From Burkholderiales bacterium (lineage in GTDB: Bacteria; Pseudomonadota; Gammaproteobacteria; Burkholderiales; SG8-41), in assembly GCA_036262035.1 (NCBI GenBank), contig DATAJS010000011.1:36826-100825 (forward strand): a stretch of 64,000 nt of DNA, written 5' to 3'. Below, one piece after another: positions 7,930 to 17,279 of the stretch. A program made the translations under genes and the position numbers. How positions within the stretch are numbered: position 1 is the first letter of the stretch; the number at the start of each line of letters is the position of its first letter. The notes beneath the pieces were generated by a model, which worked only from the letters and a program-made list of their open reading frames with translations, was not told the origin of the DNA and ran no database searches.

Positions 7930-9531
7930 ATGGCCGCACGCGAGGAGTACGACTACATCGTCGTCGGCGCCGGGAGCGCCGGGTGCGTGCTCGCGAACCG
8001 CCTGAGCGCGTCGGGCTTGCATCGCGTGCTGCTGCTCGAAGCGGGCGGCGAGGATACCGATCGCTGGATACACATCCCGCTCGGCTACGGGCGTCATTTC
8101 TCCAATCCCGCGGTGAACTGGCTCTACAGCGCGGAAGAGGACGAGAAGACCGGCAGCCGCCGCATCGCGCAGCCGCGCGGCAAGGTGCTCGGCGGCACGA
8201 GCTCGATCAACGGTCTGGTCTACGTGCGGGGCCAGCGCGAGGATTACGATCACTGGCGCGATCTCGGCAACGCCGGCTGGGGTTACGCCGACGTGCTGCC
8301 GTTCTTTCGCAAGGCCGAAGACAACCAGCGCGGCGAGGACTCCTACCACGGCACCGGCGGTCCGCTCACCGTGTCGGACGCTGCGGACGATCATCCCTTG
8401 TGCGGTGCGTTCTTCGAGGCGGCGGAGGCCTGCGGCTACCCGCGCAACCACGACATCAACGGCGCCTCACAGGTGGGCTTCGGCTACAACCAGTTCACGG
8501 TGCGGAAGGGGAAACGCTGCAGCACCGCGGTGGCTTATCTCCGGCCGGCGCGGCAGCGCGCGAACCTGCACGTTTCTCCGAGCTCGCACGCGACGCGCAT
8601 CCTGTTCTCGGGCGGTCGCGCGGTGGGGCTCGAGTACCTGAGCAACGGAACGAAGCAATCGGCGTCGGCGAGCCGCGAGGTGATCCTCGCCGCAGGCGCT
8701 TTCAATTCCCCGCAGTTATTGCAGCTCTCGGGCGTCGGGCCCGCAGCGCTGCTGGAGAAGCTCGGCATACCGGTCGTCGCCGACATGCCTGGCGTCGGAG
8801 CCAATCTCCAGGACCACTACAACGGCAGGCTGGTGTTCGAGTGCACCGACGACTTCACGCTGAACGACGTAGTGGCGAGCCCGCTGCGGAAAGTGCGCGA
8901 AGGGCTGAAGTATCTGTTCATGCGCCGTGGCTTTCTCACGATGGGCGCGTCCACCGCGACGGGCTTCGTCTCGACCGACCCGGGCACCGAGCGGCCCGAC
9001 GTGCAGATCGGCCTCGTGCTCTACAGCACCGACAAGTTCGGCGACCGGCTGCATCCGTTCTCCGGGTTCACCATCCTCGTGCGCCTGTTGCGCCCCGAGA
9101 GCCGGGGCACCGTCATGCTGAAGAGCGCCGATCCGCTGGCGCAGCCGGAGATCCGGCCGAACTATCTCGCGAGCGCGAAAGACTGCGACGTGCTCGTCGC
9201 GGGCATGAAAGTGGCGCAGCGCCTCGTCGGGGCGCCGCCGCTGCAGCGCTATGTCGCACGGCCGCACGAGCCTGCGGCGCCGCCCGCGACCGACGACGCA
9301 TGGCTGCAGTATCTGCGCGCCAAAGGCGGTATCAGCTATCACCCTGTCGGCACGTGCCGCATGGGGAGCGACGGCGATGCGGTGGTCGACGAGCGCCTGC
9401 GGGTGCGCGGCTTCCGGGGCCTGCGCGTGGTCGACGCGTCGATCATGCCGACGCTCGTCTCGGGCAACACCAACGCGCCGACGATCATGATCGGGGAGAA
9501 GGGCGCGGATATGATTCTGGCGGATGCTTAA
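7930..9531 (+). CDS. GMC-family flavin oxidoreductase (choline/alcohol dehydrogenase-like)
   Basis: [23 protein letters not shown] motif and C-terminal [10 protein letters not shown] signature. Confidence 0.9.
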   Translation: MAAREEYDYIVVGAGSAGCVLANRLSASGLHRVLLLEAGGEDTDRWIHIPLGYGRHFSNPAVNWLYSAEEDEKTGSRRIAQPRGKVLGGTSSINGLVYVRGQREDYDHWRDLGNAGWGYADVLPFFRKAEDNQRGEDSYHGTGGPLTVSDAADDHPLCGAFFEAAEACGYPRNHDINGASQVGFGYNQFTVRKGKRCSTAVAYLRPARQRANLHVSPSSHATRILFSGGRAVGLEYLSNGTKQSASASREVILAAGAFNSPQLLQLSGVGPAALLEKLGIPVVADMPGVGANLQDHYNGRLVFECTDDFTLNDVVASPLRKVREGLKYLFMRRGFLTMGASTATGFVSTDPGTERPDVQIGLVLYSTDKFGDRLHPFSGFTILVRLLRPESRGTVMLKSADPLAQPEIRPNYLASAKDCDVLVAGMKVAQRLVGAPPLQRYVARPHEPAAPPATDDAWLQYLRAKGGISYHPVGTCRMGSDGDAVVDERLRVRGFRGLRVVDASIMPTLVSGNTNAPTIMIGEKGADMILADA

Positions 9532-9569
9532 GCGGTGCGTTACCACGCACCCTACGAAAGGGAGTGACG

Positions 9570-10343
9570 ATGAATTACGAACATTTGCTGGTGGACATCG
9601 AGGACGGCGTCGCCGTGCTGACGATGAACCGTCCCGAATCGCTCAACGCGATGAACCGCAAGCTCTCGCGCGAGCTGCACGCTGCGGTGAAAGCCGCGGA
9701 AGCCGACGACGCGGTGGGCTGTATCGTGATCACCGGCGCAGGCGAGAAAGCGTTCTCCGCCGGCGGCGACATCAAGGAGCAGCTCTCGGACGACGCGAAC
9801 CGCAGCGAGGCCGAGCTCGACGCGTTACGCGACAAGCGCGGGAGCTACGAGATCAGCGCGTGCCTGAAGCCCACGATCGGCATGATGAACGGGCTCGCGT
9901 TCGGCGGTGCGGCGGTGCTGTCGTCGTCGCTCGACATGCGCATCGGCTGCGAGGGCACCAGGTTCAGGTTCCTCGCCGCCGCGTATGGTCGCATCAACAG
10001 CACGTGGACGCTGCCGAACCAGGTCGGCTGGCCGATCGCGAAGGAGCTGCTGTTCACCGCGCGCGTCGTCGGCGCCGAAGAAGCCTATCGCATCGGCCTG
10101 CTCAATCATCTCGTCCCGCGCGCGCAGCTTCGCGAGAAGACGATGGAGATCGCGAAGATGATCGCCGGCAATCACCGCGGGGCGGTGATGGGCGTGAAGA
10201 AGCTGATGCTCGAGCAGATGGCGCTCGATCTCGAGGGGCAGTACGAGGCCGAGCAGCGCTACGGGCGCGACGTAATGCGCGGGGCGAAGGCGCGGGACGC
10301 GTTCCCCGAGTTCATCGCGCGCAAAGGTTTGAAGGCCGGTTGA
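9570..10343 (+). CDS. enoyl-CoA hydratase/isomerase (crotonase) family
   Basis: ATG 9570 with GGGAG SD inside ORF 7983..10343. VITGAGEKAFSAGGDI and MMNGLAFGGA motifs. Confidence 0.88.
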   Translation: MNYEHLLVDIEDGVAVLTMNRPESLNAMNRKLSRELHAAVKAAEADDAVGCIVITGAGEKAFSAGGDIKEQLSDDANRSEAELDALRDKRGSYEISACLKPTIGMMNGLAFGGAAVLSSSLDMRIGCEGTRFRFLAAAYGRINSTWTLPNQVGWPIAKELLFTARVVGAEEAYRIGLLNHLVPRAQLREKTMEIAKMIAGNHRGAVMGVKKLMLEQMALDLEGQYEAEQRYGRDVMRGAKARDAFPEFIARKGLKAG

Positions 10344-10346
10344 CCG

Positions 10347-10437
10347 GACGCTCCGAGATCGCCGCGTCGGCCAGCGCCTCCTCGCGATGACGTCATTGCG
10401 AGGAGCGCCAGCGACGAAGCAATGCCGTGACGCACGC
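10347..10437. repeat. REP-like element, two units head-to-head (family 1)
   Basis: ...GCGCCTCCTCGCGATGAC|GTCATTGCGAGGAGCGCCAGCGACGAAGCAATGCCGTGACGCACGC, between convergent stops. Confidence 0.8.
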
Positions 10438-10439
10438 TA

Positions 10440-11672
10440 TCAAGCAGCGGTCGCGGACGTAACCTCCCGGGTCAGCGCCGCCGCGGGTTTCTCGATGCCG
10501 TAGAGCCGCGCGCAGTTGTCCCACAGGATCTTGCGGCGCTGCTCGTCCTTCAGCGGCAGTCCGAGGAACTGCGACACCGCCTCGGGGAACGCGCCGTCGG
10601 AGTGCGGGTAGTCGCTCGACACGACGAAGTAGTCCGCCCCCATCTTCTCGACCACGTCGACCGCGGGCTCTTCGTCCACGTCGAGCGCGATGTAGCACTG
10701 GCGCCTGAAGTACTCGCTCGGCGCCATGGTGAGCTGGAACTCGCAGCCCGGACCGTATTTCTCCCACTGGTCGTCGAGCCGCCACAGCCACCAGTACACC
10801 CATCCCGCGGTGCCTTCGAGGAACGCGCAGCGCAGCTTCGGGTGGCGCTCGAGGATGCCGCCGGTCGTCATGCTCGCGATCGCCCCCATGAGCTCGACCG
10901 GATTGCGGATCGCGTGCGCCATCGGCTGGAAGTTGCGGTGCCCGACGAAGCGGTTGCCCGCATCGTCCCTGAGCGAGGAGTTGCCGGTGGGATGGAAACC
11001 GATCGGCACGTTCAGCCGTTCGAGCTCGGCCCACAGCGGCTCGCACGCATCGTCGTGGAGATGCTGCTTGTTGACCGGGTTCGGCGTGCCGATCACCGCG
11101 ACCGCACCGAGTTGTTCCACGCAGCGGCGCGCTTCCTCGACCGCCTTACTGATGTCGTGCATCGAGATCTGCGCCGCGAACTTGAGCCGCTTCGGATCTT
11201 CCTTGCAGTAATCCGCCGCCCAGTTGTTGTAGGCGCGCGCGAGCGCCGCCGCGTAATCCGGCGCGAGGTCGTCGTGGCAGAGAATCTGCCGGCCGCGCGT
11301 CCCGTACATCACGGCGACGTCGATGCCTTCGATGTCCATCGCGGTCAGCGTCGATCCCGCGTCGAAGCCTCGCGACTTCGCGACGGCGAAATGGGGATGG
11401 CGGGCACGGCTCCGGCGCCGCAGCTCTCGGCCCGAGGCGGCGGTTTCACGCGACCCCGCGAAGGCGGGGATCGTGAGGCCCTGGACTTCCATCGTCCGTA
11501 TGGAGTCCGCGTTCCCCTTGTCTTCGGTGCTCGCCTTCAGCGCCTGCTTGTTCCCGCCGAAGAATTGCGGCGGATTCGCTTTGTACGGCTCTTCGAGATA
11601 GACGGCCCACAGGTCGTCGGGCTCGTTGAAGTGCATGTCGCTGTCGATGATGAGATACCCGTCGCGTGCCAT
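10440..11672 (-). CDS. amidohydrolase-2 family protein (ACMSD-like decarboxylase/hydrolase)
   Basis: 410-aa ORF. MARDGYLIIDSDMHFNEP..., ...VVSSDYPHSDG C-terminal metal-ligand pattern. Confidence 0.85.
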   Translation of the reverse strand: MARDGYLIIDSDMHFNEPDDLWAVYLEEPYKANPPQFFGGNKQALKASTEDKGNADSIRTMEVQGLTIPAFAGSRETAASGRELRRRSRARHPHFAVAKSRGFDAGSTLTAMDIEGIDVAVMYGTRGRQILCHDDLAPDYAAALARAYNNWAADYCKEDPKRLKFAAQISMHDISKAVEEARRCVEQLGAVAVIGTPNPVNKQHLHDDACEPLWAELERLNVPIGFHPTGNSSLRDDAGNRFVGHRNFQPMAHAIRNPVELMGAIASMTTGGILERHPKLRCAFLEGTAGWVYWWLWRLDDQWEKYGPGCEFQLTMAPSEYFRRQCYIALDVDEEPAVDVVEKMGADYFVVSSDYPHSDGAFPEAVSQFLGLPLKDEQRRKILWDNCARLYGIEKPAAALTREVTSATAA

Positions 11673-11689
11673 GAGCGTTCCTCCAGTAG

Positions 11690-11775
11690 GTCATTGCGAG
11701 GAGCGTCAGCGACGAAGCAATCCCGAAGCGTTCGCAACGAGGTCGCCACGGCGCCAGCGGCGCCTCGCGATGGCC
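11690..11775. repeat. REP-like element, two units tail-to-tail (family 1)
   Basis: GTCATTGCGAGGAGCGTCAGCGACGAAGCAATCCCGAAGCG-ttcg-CAACGAGGTCGCCACGGCGCCAGCGGCGCCTCGCGATGGC. Intercistronic. Confidence 0.8.
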
Positions 11776-11776
11776 G

Positions 11777-12802
11777 CTACGCGGCCACTTTTTCCGGTTG
11801 CACGACCGTCGCGAAGCGCGACAGCAGTCCCGCGGCATTGCCGGTGAGTATCTTCTGCCGCGCTTCCTCGTCGATGTCGGCGGCGGCCAGCGCTTTCTTC
11901 GTCCAGTCGACGCCGAACGCGGTGCCGTCGGTGCCGCAGATGATGCGGTCGGCGCCGTAGAGGCTGATCGCGGCTTCGATCGCGCGCGGACCGAACGAGT
12001 TGCAGTCGACGTACACCTTCGACTTGCGGAAGCGCATCGACGGCAGCTCTTCCTGCGGCGAGTCGGTCATCGAGCGGTGATCCATGCGCTCGACTTCGTA
12101 CGGGATGTTGCCGCCGAGGTTGTGCACGTGGACGAGCGCGTCGGGATAGTCTTTCAGGACATCGGTGAGGCACAGCGTCACCATCACCTGCGAGAGCCTC
12201 GCCTGCATGTCCAGCGTGCCGTTGCGGCGGCGCGCGTTGTCGGTATCGCGCGAGACCGCCGGGAACGCGTCACCCGGACGCGGCCCGTAGTGGATGAAGA
12301 GCAGCGCGCGGCGGCGGTTCGCCACTTCGAGCAGCGGCCGCATCGCTTCGGCGTCTTTCCTGGTGAGGAACGCGTTGCCGGGAAGCTGCGCGCCGATGAA
12401 TCCGGGCAGCGACATCGCGCGCTCGAGCTCGGCGGCGGCCGCATCGATATCGGTGAGCGGCAGCGCGGCATATGCGACGAAGCGTCCGGGGTACTCGACG
12501 CAGATGCGCGAGAGCTGGTCGTTGATCGTGCGGCACAGCGGCAGCGAAGTCTCGACCGGCTGCGCCTCGATGAAGCAGAAGGTGCCGAGCAGCGAGAGCG
12601 CGCTGACGGTGACGCCCATCTCGTCCATCTGCGCGAGATACGCTTCGGCGCTGTCGAAGGCGTCGGCGAGCGGCTCCTGCGAGCCGCGATTCATCAGGAC
12701 TTCTTCTCCGGCGTCGTTCTTCGCGATGCGGGGCTCGCGAGTGCGGGCGCGGAGCGCGTCGGCGGCTTCGATGGGTCTCCAGTGCGCGTGCATGTCGATC
12801 AT
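11777..12802 (-). CDS. amidohydrolase-2 family protein
   Basis: 341-aa ORF. MIDMHAHWRP..., GGAGGAGG SD; PF04909-like pattern. Confidence 0.82.
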   Translation of the reverse strand: MIDMHAHWRPIEAADALRARTREPRIAKNDAGEEVLMNRGSQEPLADAFDSAEAYLAQMDEMGVTVSALSLLGTFCFIEAQPVETSLPLCRTINDQLSRICVEYPGRFVAYAALPLTDIDAAAAELERAMSLPGFIGAQLPGNAFLTRKDAEAMRPLLEVANRRRALLFIHYGPRPGDAFPAVSRDTDNARRRNGTLDMQARLSQVMVTLCLTDVLKDYPDALVHVHNLGGNIPYEVERMDHRSMTDSPQEELPSMRFRKSKVYVDCNSFGPRAIEAAISLYGADRIICGTDGTAFGVDWTKKALAAADIDEEARQKILTGNAAGLLSRFATVVQPEKVAA

Positions 12803-12832
12803 GGCAGCCTCCTCCTTGGGGGACGGATCAGT

Positions 12833-14125
12833 TTAACGCTGCGGCGCGTACACCCACAGGTCGAGTTGTACGGAGCACCCGGGCGCCGGCAGGAAAGGCA
12901 CCCGCACGGCGGAAAAGGGCAGGTGGCGATCCGGCAGGCGGCGATCCCAGGCCTGCCACGCCGGGTAGAAATCGGCGAGGTCGGTGTGGTACTGCTGGAT
13001 CCGAACGAGGTTCTCCAGGCTCGTCCCGGCGGCGCGGCAGATCGCTTCGGCGGTGTCGAGCATCGCCTGCATCTGGGATTGGGCGCTCGACCCGAACCAC
13101 GGCTGGGCGGGATCGATGCGCGCGGCTTCGACCAGTCCGCGTTCGTCGATCGGCAGCAGCCCCGAGATGAAGAGCAGGTCGCCGGCGCGCACTGCTTCGG
13201 TGAATCCCTGGTACGCCGGCACCGTGCCGGCGCGGATCGCGCTCTTGCCGGCGCCCTTGAACGCGATCGTGTTGATCTCGATGCGCGCGTCGGAGAGAAA
13301 GAAGCCGGGATCGGCGGTCGGCACGATCGTCGTCGCCGGCATGCCGTTCGGAAACGCCTGCCGCCACACTTCGGTGAACGGCGCGAAATCGTCGGGGTCG
13401 CGCAGATACACCTGGCACTTCACCGCATCGCTGAGCGAACAGCCTGCGGCTTTCAGCGCCGGCTCGATCTTGGTGCGGAGGATGAACTCCGCTTCGAGCT
13501 TGATCGGCAGCCCTTTCCACAGGTGCTTGTCGGGCACGCGGGCTTCGCGCGCGAGGCCTTCGCCGAAGGTCAGCGAATCGGCCATGCGTCCGGCGACGAA
13601 GACGTAATCGCGGTATTCGAGCGCGAGGCTGTAGCCCGAGGTGAAATGGACGTCCTGGTCCTTGGGACGGATATGACGCGGCGGCGCGGCCGTGTTCGTC
13701 TTCGCCGCGCCGATCATGTGCACCTCGATCTCCTGGTCGCGCAGCAGGAAGCCGCCGGTGAGGGTGGAGGTGCTCGGCGGGATGTGGTCTTTCATCACCC
13801 CACGGCGCGCATCGTGATAGCTCTCCACCGCGCGGCCCGAGGTGTAGTTCTGGTCGACGCGCACCACGCGATCGAGCGCGCCGCCGCCGGCTTCGAGCAC
13901 CTTGGCGACGTTGACGAAGATGCGATCGGCTTCGCGCCGCAGCTTGGAGGCGTTCCAGTGCGGCAACTCGGCGCTCACGACGTCGGCGGCGATGCCGCCG
14001 CTGTAACCGTTCGTGGCTTTATGGCCCGTCGCGAAGATCCAGTCACCCGCGCGCACCCCGGGTGCGTAACGGATGCCGCTTTTCAACGTGACCGGGAGCA
14101 GCGTCTCGACGTCCATCGTGCGCAT
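12833..14125 (-). CDS. three tandem RidA/YjgF/L-PSP-like domains in one polypeptide
   Basis: 430 aa from ATG 14125 (alternative ATG 14116 has better AAGGA spacing) in ORF 12833..14791. Three ~140-aa segments each show the pattern 'xxAGDxxFxxG ... E/IExxxxA'. Confidence 0.75.
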   Translation of the reverse strand: MRTMDVETLLPVTLKSGIRYAPGVRAGDWIFATGHKATNGYSGGIAADVVSAELPHWNASKLRREADRIFVNVAKVLEAGGGALDRVVRVDQNYTSGRAVESYHDARRGVMKDHIPPSTSTLTGGFLLRDQEIEVHMIGAAKTNTAAPPRHIRPKDQDVHFTSGYSLALEYRDYVFVAGRMADSLTFGEGLAREARVPDKHLWKGLPIKLEAEFILRTKIEPALKAAGCSLSDAVKCQVYLRDPDDFAPFTEVWRQAFPNGMPATTIVPTADPGFFLSDARIEINTIAFKGAGKSAIRAGTVPAYQGFTEAVRAGDLLFISGLLPIDERGLVEAARIDPAQPWFGSSAQSQMQAMLDTAEAICRAAGTSLENLVRIQQYHTDLADFYPAWQAWDRRLPDRHLPFSAVRVPFLPAPGCSVQLDLWVYAPQR

Positions 14126-14182
14126 CCTTGCGTGGGAGGTGCAGCGATTATACTGAGCCGCCCCTTTGTGCCCGGAGACGCC

Positions 14183-15151
14183 ATGAAGCTGCTGCTTGCC
14201 GCCACGCTCGTGTTGTTCGCCGCACCCGTGCTCGCCGCCGACGCCGCCCGCGACTATCCGTCGCGCCCGGTCCGTGTGATCAACCCGTTTCCGCCGGGCG
14301 GCAGCAGCGATCCTTCGTGCAGGCTGCTCGCCGATGCGCTCACGCGCGCGCTCGGCCAGCAGTTCGTGGTCGACAATCGCGGCGGGGGCAACGGCAACAT
14401 CGGCACCGCGATCGCGGCGAAAGCGACGCCCGACGGTTACGTGCTGGTCTTCGCGTCGGGCACGACGTTCACGGTCAATCCGCACGTGTATTCGAAGCTG
14501 GGTTTCGATCCCAAGAAGGACTTCACGCCGGTGATCCGCTTCGGCAGCGTGCCCAACGTGCTCGTGGTGCACCCGTCCAACCCGGCCCGCACGCTCCCCG
14601 AGTTCACGCAGTACGTGAAGGGACACAACGGCGAGCTCAACTATGCCTCGGCGGGCAACGGCAGCAGCATGCATCTCGCCGCCGAGATGTACCAGAGGAT
14701 GACCGGCACGAAGATGCAGCACGTGCCTTACGTGTCGCCGGGACAGGCGACGCAGGACACGATGGCGAACCGCACCCAGCTCATCTTCCATTTGCTTCCT
14801 GCGGTCGCGCAGCAGGTGCTCGCGAAGAATCTCCGCGCGATCGCGGTGCTTGCGCCGTCGCGCACGCCGCTGCTCTCGGATGTGCCGACGACCGCCGAAG
14901 CGGGCATGCCGGGGCTCGAGGCCGGCACCTGGTATACGGTGCTGGCGCCCGCAGGGTCGCCCAAACCGGTCATCGATAAACTGAACGCGCAGATCAACAC
15001 GCTCATCAATGACGCGGCATTCAAAAAGCGCGTGGTCGAGATGGGCGTGACGCCGCTGGGCGGCACGCCGGCCGACGTGACGACCTACATCGCGTCGGAA
15101 TCGGCGCGCTGGGGCGAGGTGGTGAAGGCGGCGGGGATCAGACTCGACTGA
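14183..15151 (+). CDS. Bug/TctC-family periplasmic solute-binding protein
   Basis: ATG 14183 (GGAGAC SD) inside ORF 11798..15151. MKLLLAATLVLFAAPVLA, YPSRPVRV, DNRGGGNG, PDGYV, VPYV. Confidence 0.9.
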   Translation: MKLLLAATLVLFAAPVLAADAARDYPSRPVRVINPFPPGGSSDPSCRLLADALTRALGQQFVVDNRGGGNGNIGTAIAAKATPDGYVLVFASGTTFTVNPHVYSKLGFDPKKDFTPVIRFGSVPNVLVVHPSNPARTLPEFTQYVKGHNGELNYASAGNGSSMHLAAEMYQRMTGTKMQHVPYVSPGQATQDTMANRTQLIFHLLPAVAQQVLAKNLRAIAVLAPSRTPLLSDVPTTAEAGMPGLEAGTWYTVLAPAGSPKPVIDKLNAQINTLINDAAFKKRVVEMGVTPLGGTPADVTTYIASESARWGEVVKAAGIRLD

Positions 15152-15400
15152 TCAGCGCTTCTCGAACACGAGATAGTAGTTCCGCTTCAGCCCGATGTTC
15201 GTAACTTCGCGGGCGAGCCTGAGCCCGCCGCCCTCCACCTCACGGATGACGTCTTCCTTCGCCAACCGCACGTGATCGAGCGTGCGCTGCGGCGTGACGC
15301 CCGGGATGCGCTCGAAATCGATCACGACGAAACGGCCGTCCGCGCATGATACGCGCCGCTGCGTCGGGGTGACACGGGGGCCTCGTTCCTGTAGCCTGCG
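15152..15400 (-). pseudogene. C-terminal remnant of a class I SAM-dependent methyltransferase (no start codon)
   Basis: Own translation: ...ADGRFVVIDFERIPGVTPQRTLDHVRLAKEDVIREVEGGGLRLAREVTNIGLKRNYYLVFEKR*. The frame is closed by TAG at 15401-15403 with no ATG/GTG/TTG in between. Confidence 0.55.
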
Positions 15401-15448
15401 CTAAAAAATAACATCGTTCATTGCAGCGCGTTTTCGGGAGGAAGTCGC

Positions 15449-17227
15449 GTGACCGGTGTCAACGATCCCTCGGGGGACCGTCGTTTCTGCCTCGTGCTCA
15501 TCAAGCCCTCGCACTACGACGACGAGGGGTACGTCATCCAGTGGTTCCGCTCGGCGATCCCGTCGAACTCGCTCGCATGTCTCTACGGCCTCGCGCTCGA
15601 ATGCAAGATGCAGCGCGTGCTGGGTGACGACGTCGACATCGACATCGAAGCCTACGACGAGACCAACACCCACATCGACCCCCAGCGCATCGCGCGCATG
15701 ATCGCAGACGCCGGCGACGGCATGGTGATGCTCGTCGGCGTGCAGTCGAACCAGTTCCCGCGGGCGCTCGATATCGCGAGGCCGCTGCGCGAGCGCGGCA
15801 TCAAGGTCGCGGTCGGCGGTTTCCACGTGTCCGGCACGATCGCGATGCTGAAGGACCGCGATCCCGACGTCGCGCGCGCCGAGGCGATGGGCGTGACGCT
15901 GTTCGCAGGCGAAGCCGAAGAAGGGCGCCTCGCGCGCGTGCTCCAGGACGCCGCCGCGAATCGCCTCGAGCCGCTCTACAACTTCATGAGCGACCTGCCT
16001 CACATCGAGAACTCGCCGATGCCGATCCTGCCGCCCGAGCGCGTGGTGCGCGTCGTCGGCTCGAACACGACATTCGATGCGGGCCGCGGCTGCCCCTACC
16101 AGTGCTCGTTCTGCACCATCATCAACGTGCAGGGCCACAAGTCGCGCCGGCGCTCGCCGGCCGACATCGAGGCGATCGTGCGCGCCAACGTCGCGCAGGG
16201 CTTCCACACCTTTTTCATCACCGACGACAACTTCGCGCGCAACAAGGACTGGGAAGCGATCCTGGACCGGATCATCCACCTGCGTGAGGTCGAGAAGATC
16301 CGCCTCTCGTTCGTGATCCAGGTCGATACGCTCTGCCACAAGCTCAAGAACTTCATCGAGAAGTGCTCGCGGGCGGGCGTGAAGCGCGTCTTCATCGGGC
16401 TGGAGAACATCAACCCGGACAGCCTGACGACCGCGCAGAAGCCGCAGAACAAGATCACCGAGTACCGCAAGATGCTGCTCGCGTGGAAGAAGGCGGGCGT
16501 GCTCACCTACTGCGGCTACATCCTCGGCTTCCCAGGCGACACCGCCGAATCGATCGTGCACGACATCAAGGTCATCCAGCGCGAGCTGCCGATCGACCTC
16601 CTGGAGTTCTTCTTCCTCACGCCGCTGCCCGGCTCGGTGGATCACAAGAAGCTGCACGAAGCCGGCAAGCCGATGGACCCCGACATCAACAAGTACGACC
16701 TCAACCACTGCGTGTCCGAGCATCCGCGCATGTCGAAGGAGGAATGGGAGCGCGCGTATCGCCTCGCGTGGGAGACGTACTACACACCCGAGCACATCGA
16801 GACGATCCTGCGTCGTGCGGTGGTGACCGGCACCAGCCCCGGCAAGGCGGTGTTCTTCATCACGTGGTTCAAGGCGTGCCTCGCGATCGAGGGCGTGCAT
16901 CCGCTCGAAGGCGGGATCGTCCGCCGCAAGCGCCGCCGCGATCGACGCGCCGGGCTGCCGCGCGAGTCGCCGTTCGTCTTCTACCCGCGCTACTGGTTCG
17001 AGACCGTGCACAAGATCTACAGCTGGCTCTCGCTCTACGTGAAGCTCCAGCTCATCTATCGCAAGGTGAAGACCGACCCGAAGCGCAAGGAGTACATGGA
17101 TCTCGCGGTCGCGCCGGTCACGGACGACGAGGTGGAGACTCGCGAGCTCTTCCAGTCCGACGCCGCGCATGCCTATCTGGACAAGGTCGCGCGGCGCGAG
17201 AAGGTGCGTCGCGGGGAGATGGTCTGA
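15449..17227 (+). CDS. B12-binding-domain radical SAM protein (class B-like)
   Basis: GTG start with GGGAGGA SD. N-terminal Rossmann-like FCLVLIKPSHYDDEGY...VMLVGVQSN...KVAVGGFHVSG. Radical SAM cluster motif CPYQCSFC. No SPASM-type C-terminal Cys clusters. Confidence 0.85.
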   Translation: MTGVNDPSGDRRFCLVLIKPSHYDDEGYVIQWFRSAIPSNSLACLYGLALECKMQRVLGDDVDIDIEAYDETNTHIDPQRIARMIADAGDGMVMLVGVQSNQFPRALDIARPLRERGIKVAVGGFHVSGTIAMLKDRDPDVARAEAMGVTLFAGEAEEGRLARVLQDAAANRLEPLYNFMSDLPHIENSPMPILPPERVVRVVGSNTTFDAGRGCPYQCSFCTIINVQGHKSRRRSPADIEAIVRANVAQGFHTFFITDDNFARNKDWEAILDRIIHLREVEKIRLSFVIQVDTLCHKLKNFIEKCSRAGVKRVFIGLENINPDSLTTAQKPQNKITEYRKMLLAWKKAGVLTYCGYILGFPGDTAESIVHDIKVIQRELPIDLLEFFFLTPLPGSVDHKKLHEAGKPMDPDINKYDLNHCVSEHPRMSKEEWERAYRLAWETYYTPEHIETILRRAVVTGTSPGKAVFFITWFKACLAIEGVHPLEGGIVRRKRRRDRRAGLPRESPFVFYPRYWFETVHKIYSWLSLYVKLQLIYRKVKTDPKRKEYMDLAVAPVTDDEVETRELFQSDAAHAYLDKVARREKVRRGEMV

Positions 17228-17279
17228 CGGGCGGGGTTCTCCTCGTCGTGCGTGTTACGATCCGCGGCGAGGAGGGAGC

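Noticed and set aside
14128-14154. TTGCGT-N15-TATACT as the promoter for the Bug gene at 14183, and TAGAAT at 20379-20384 upstream of the fused CoA-transferase
   Set aside because: The -10 hexamers are good. However, the spacer (15 nt) or the -35 element is poor in each case, and nothing corroborates them. They are too weak to list as features.
15152-15448. Cobalamin riboswitch upstream of the B12-type radical SAM gene
   Set aside because: No B12-box-like GCCACTG core or conserved riboswitch helices are visible. The region is instead explained by a methyltransferase gene remnant on the opposite strand.
15401-17170. 589-aa minus-strand ORF, and the 55245..57467 740-aa minus-strand ORF
   Set aside because: They are antisense to the radical SAM gene and to Bug/PrpD genes respectively. 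The composition is Arg/Asp/His/Leu-biased with no motifs.
15449-17227. Radical SAM protein as the anaerobic sulfatase-maturating enzyme for the sulfatase at 1678-3021
   Set aside because: anSMEs are ~400-aa SPASM-domain proteins with extra C-terminal Cys clusters. This protein has a B12-binding-like N-terminus and no such clusters. It lies 12 kb away in a different transcription unit.
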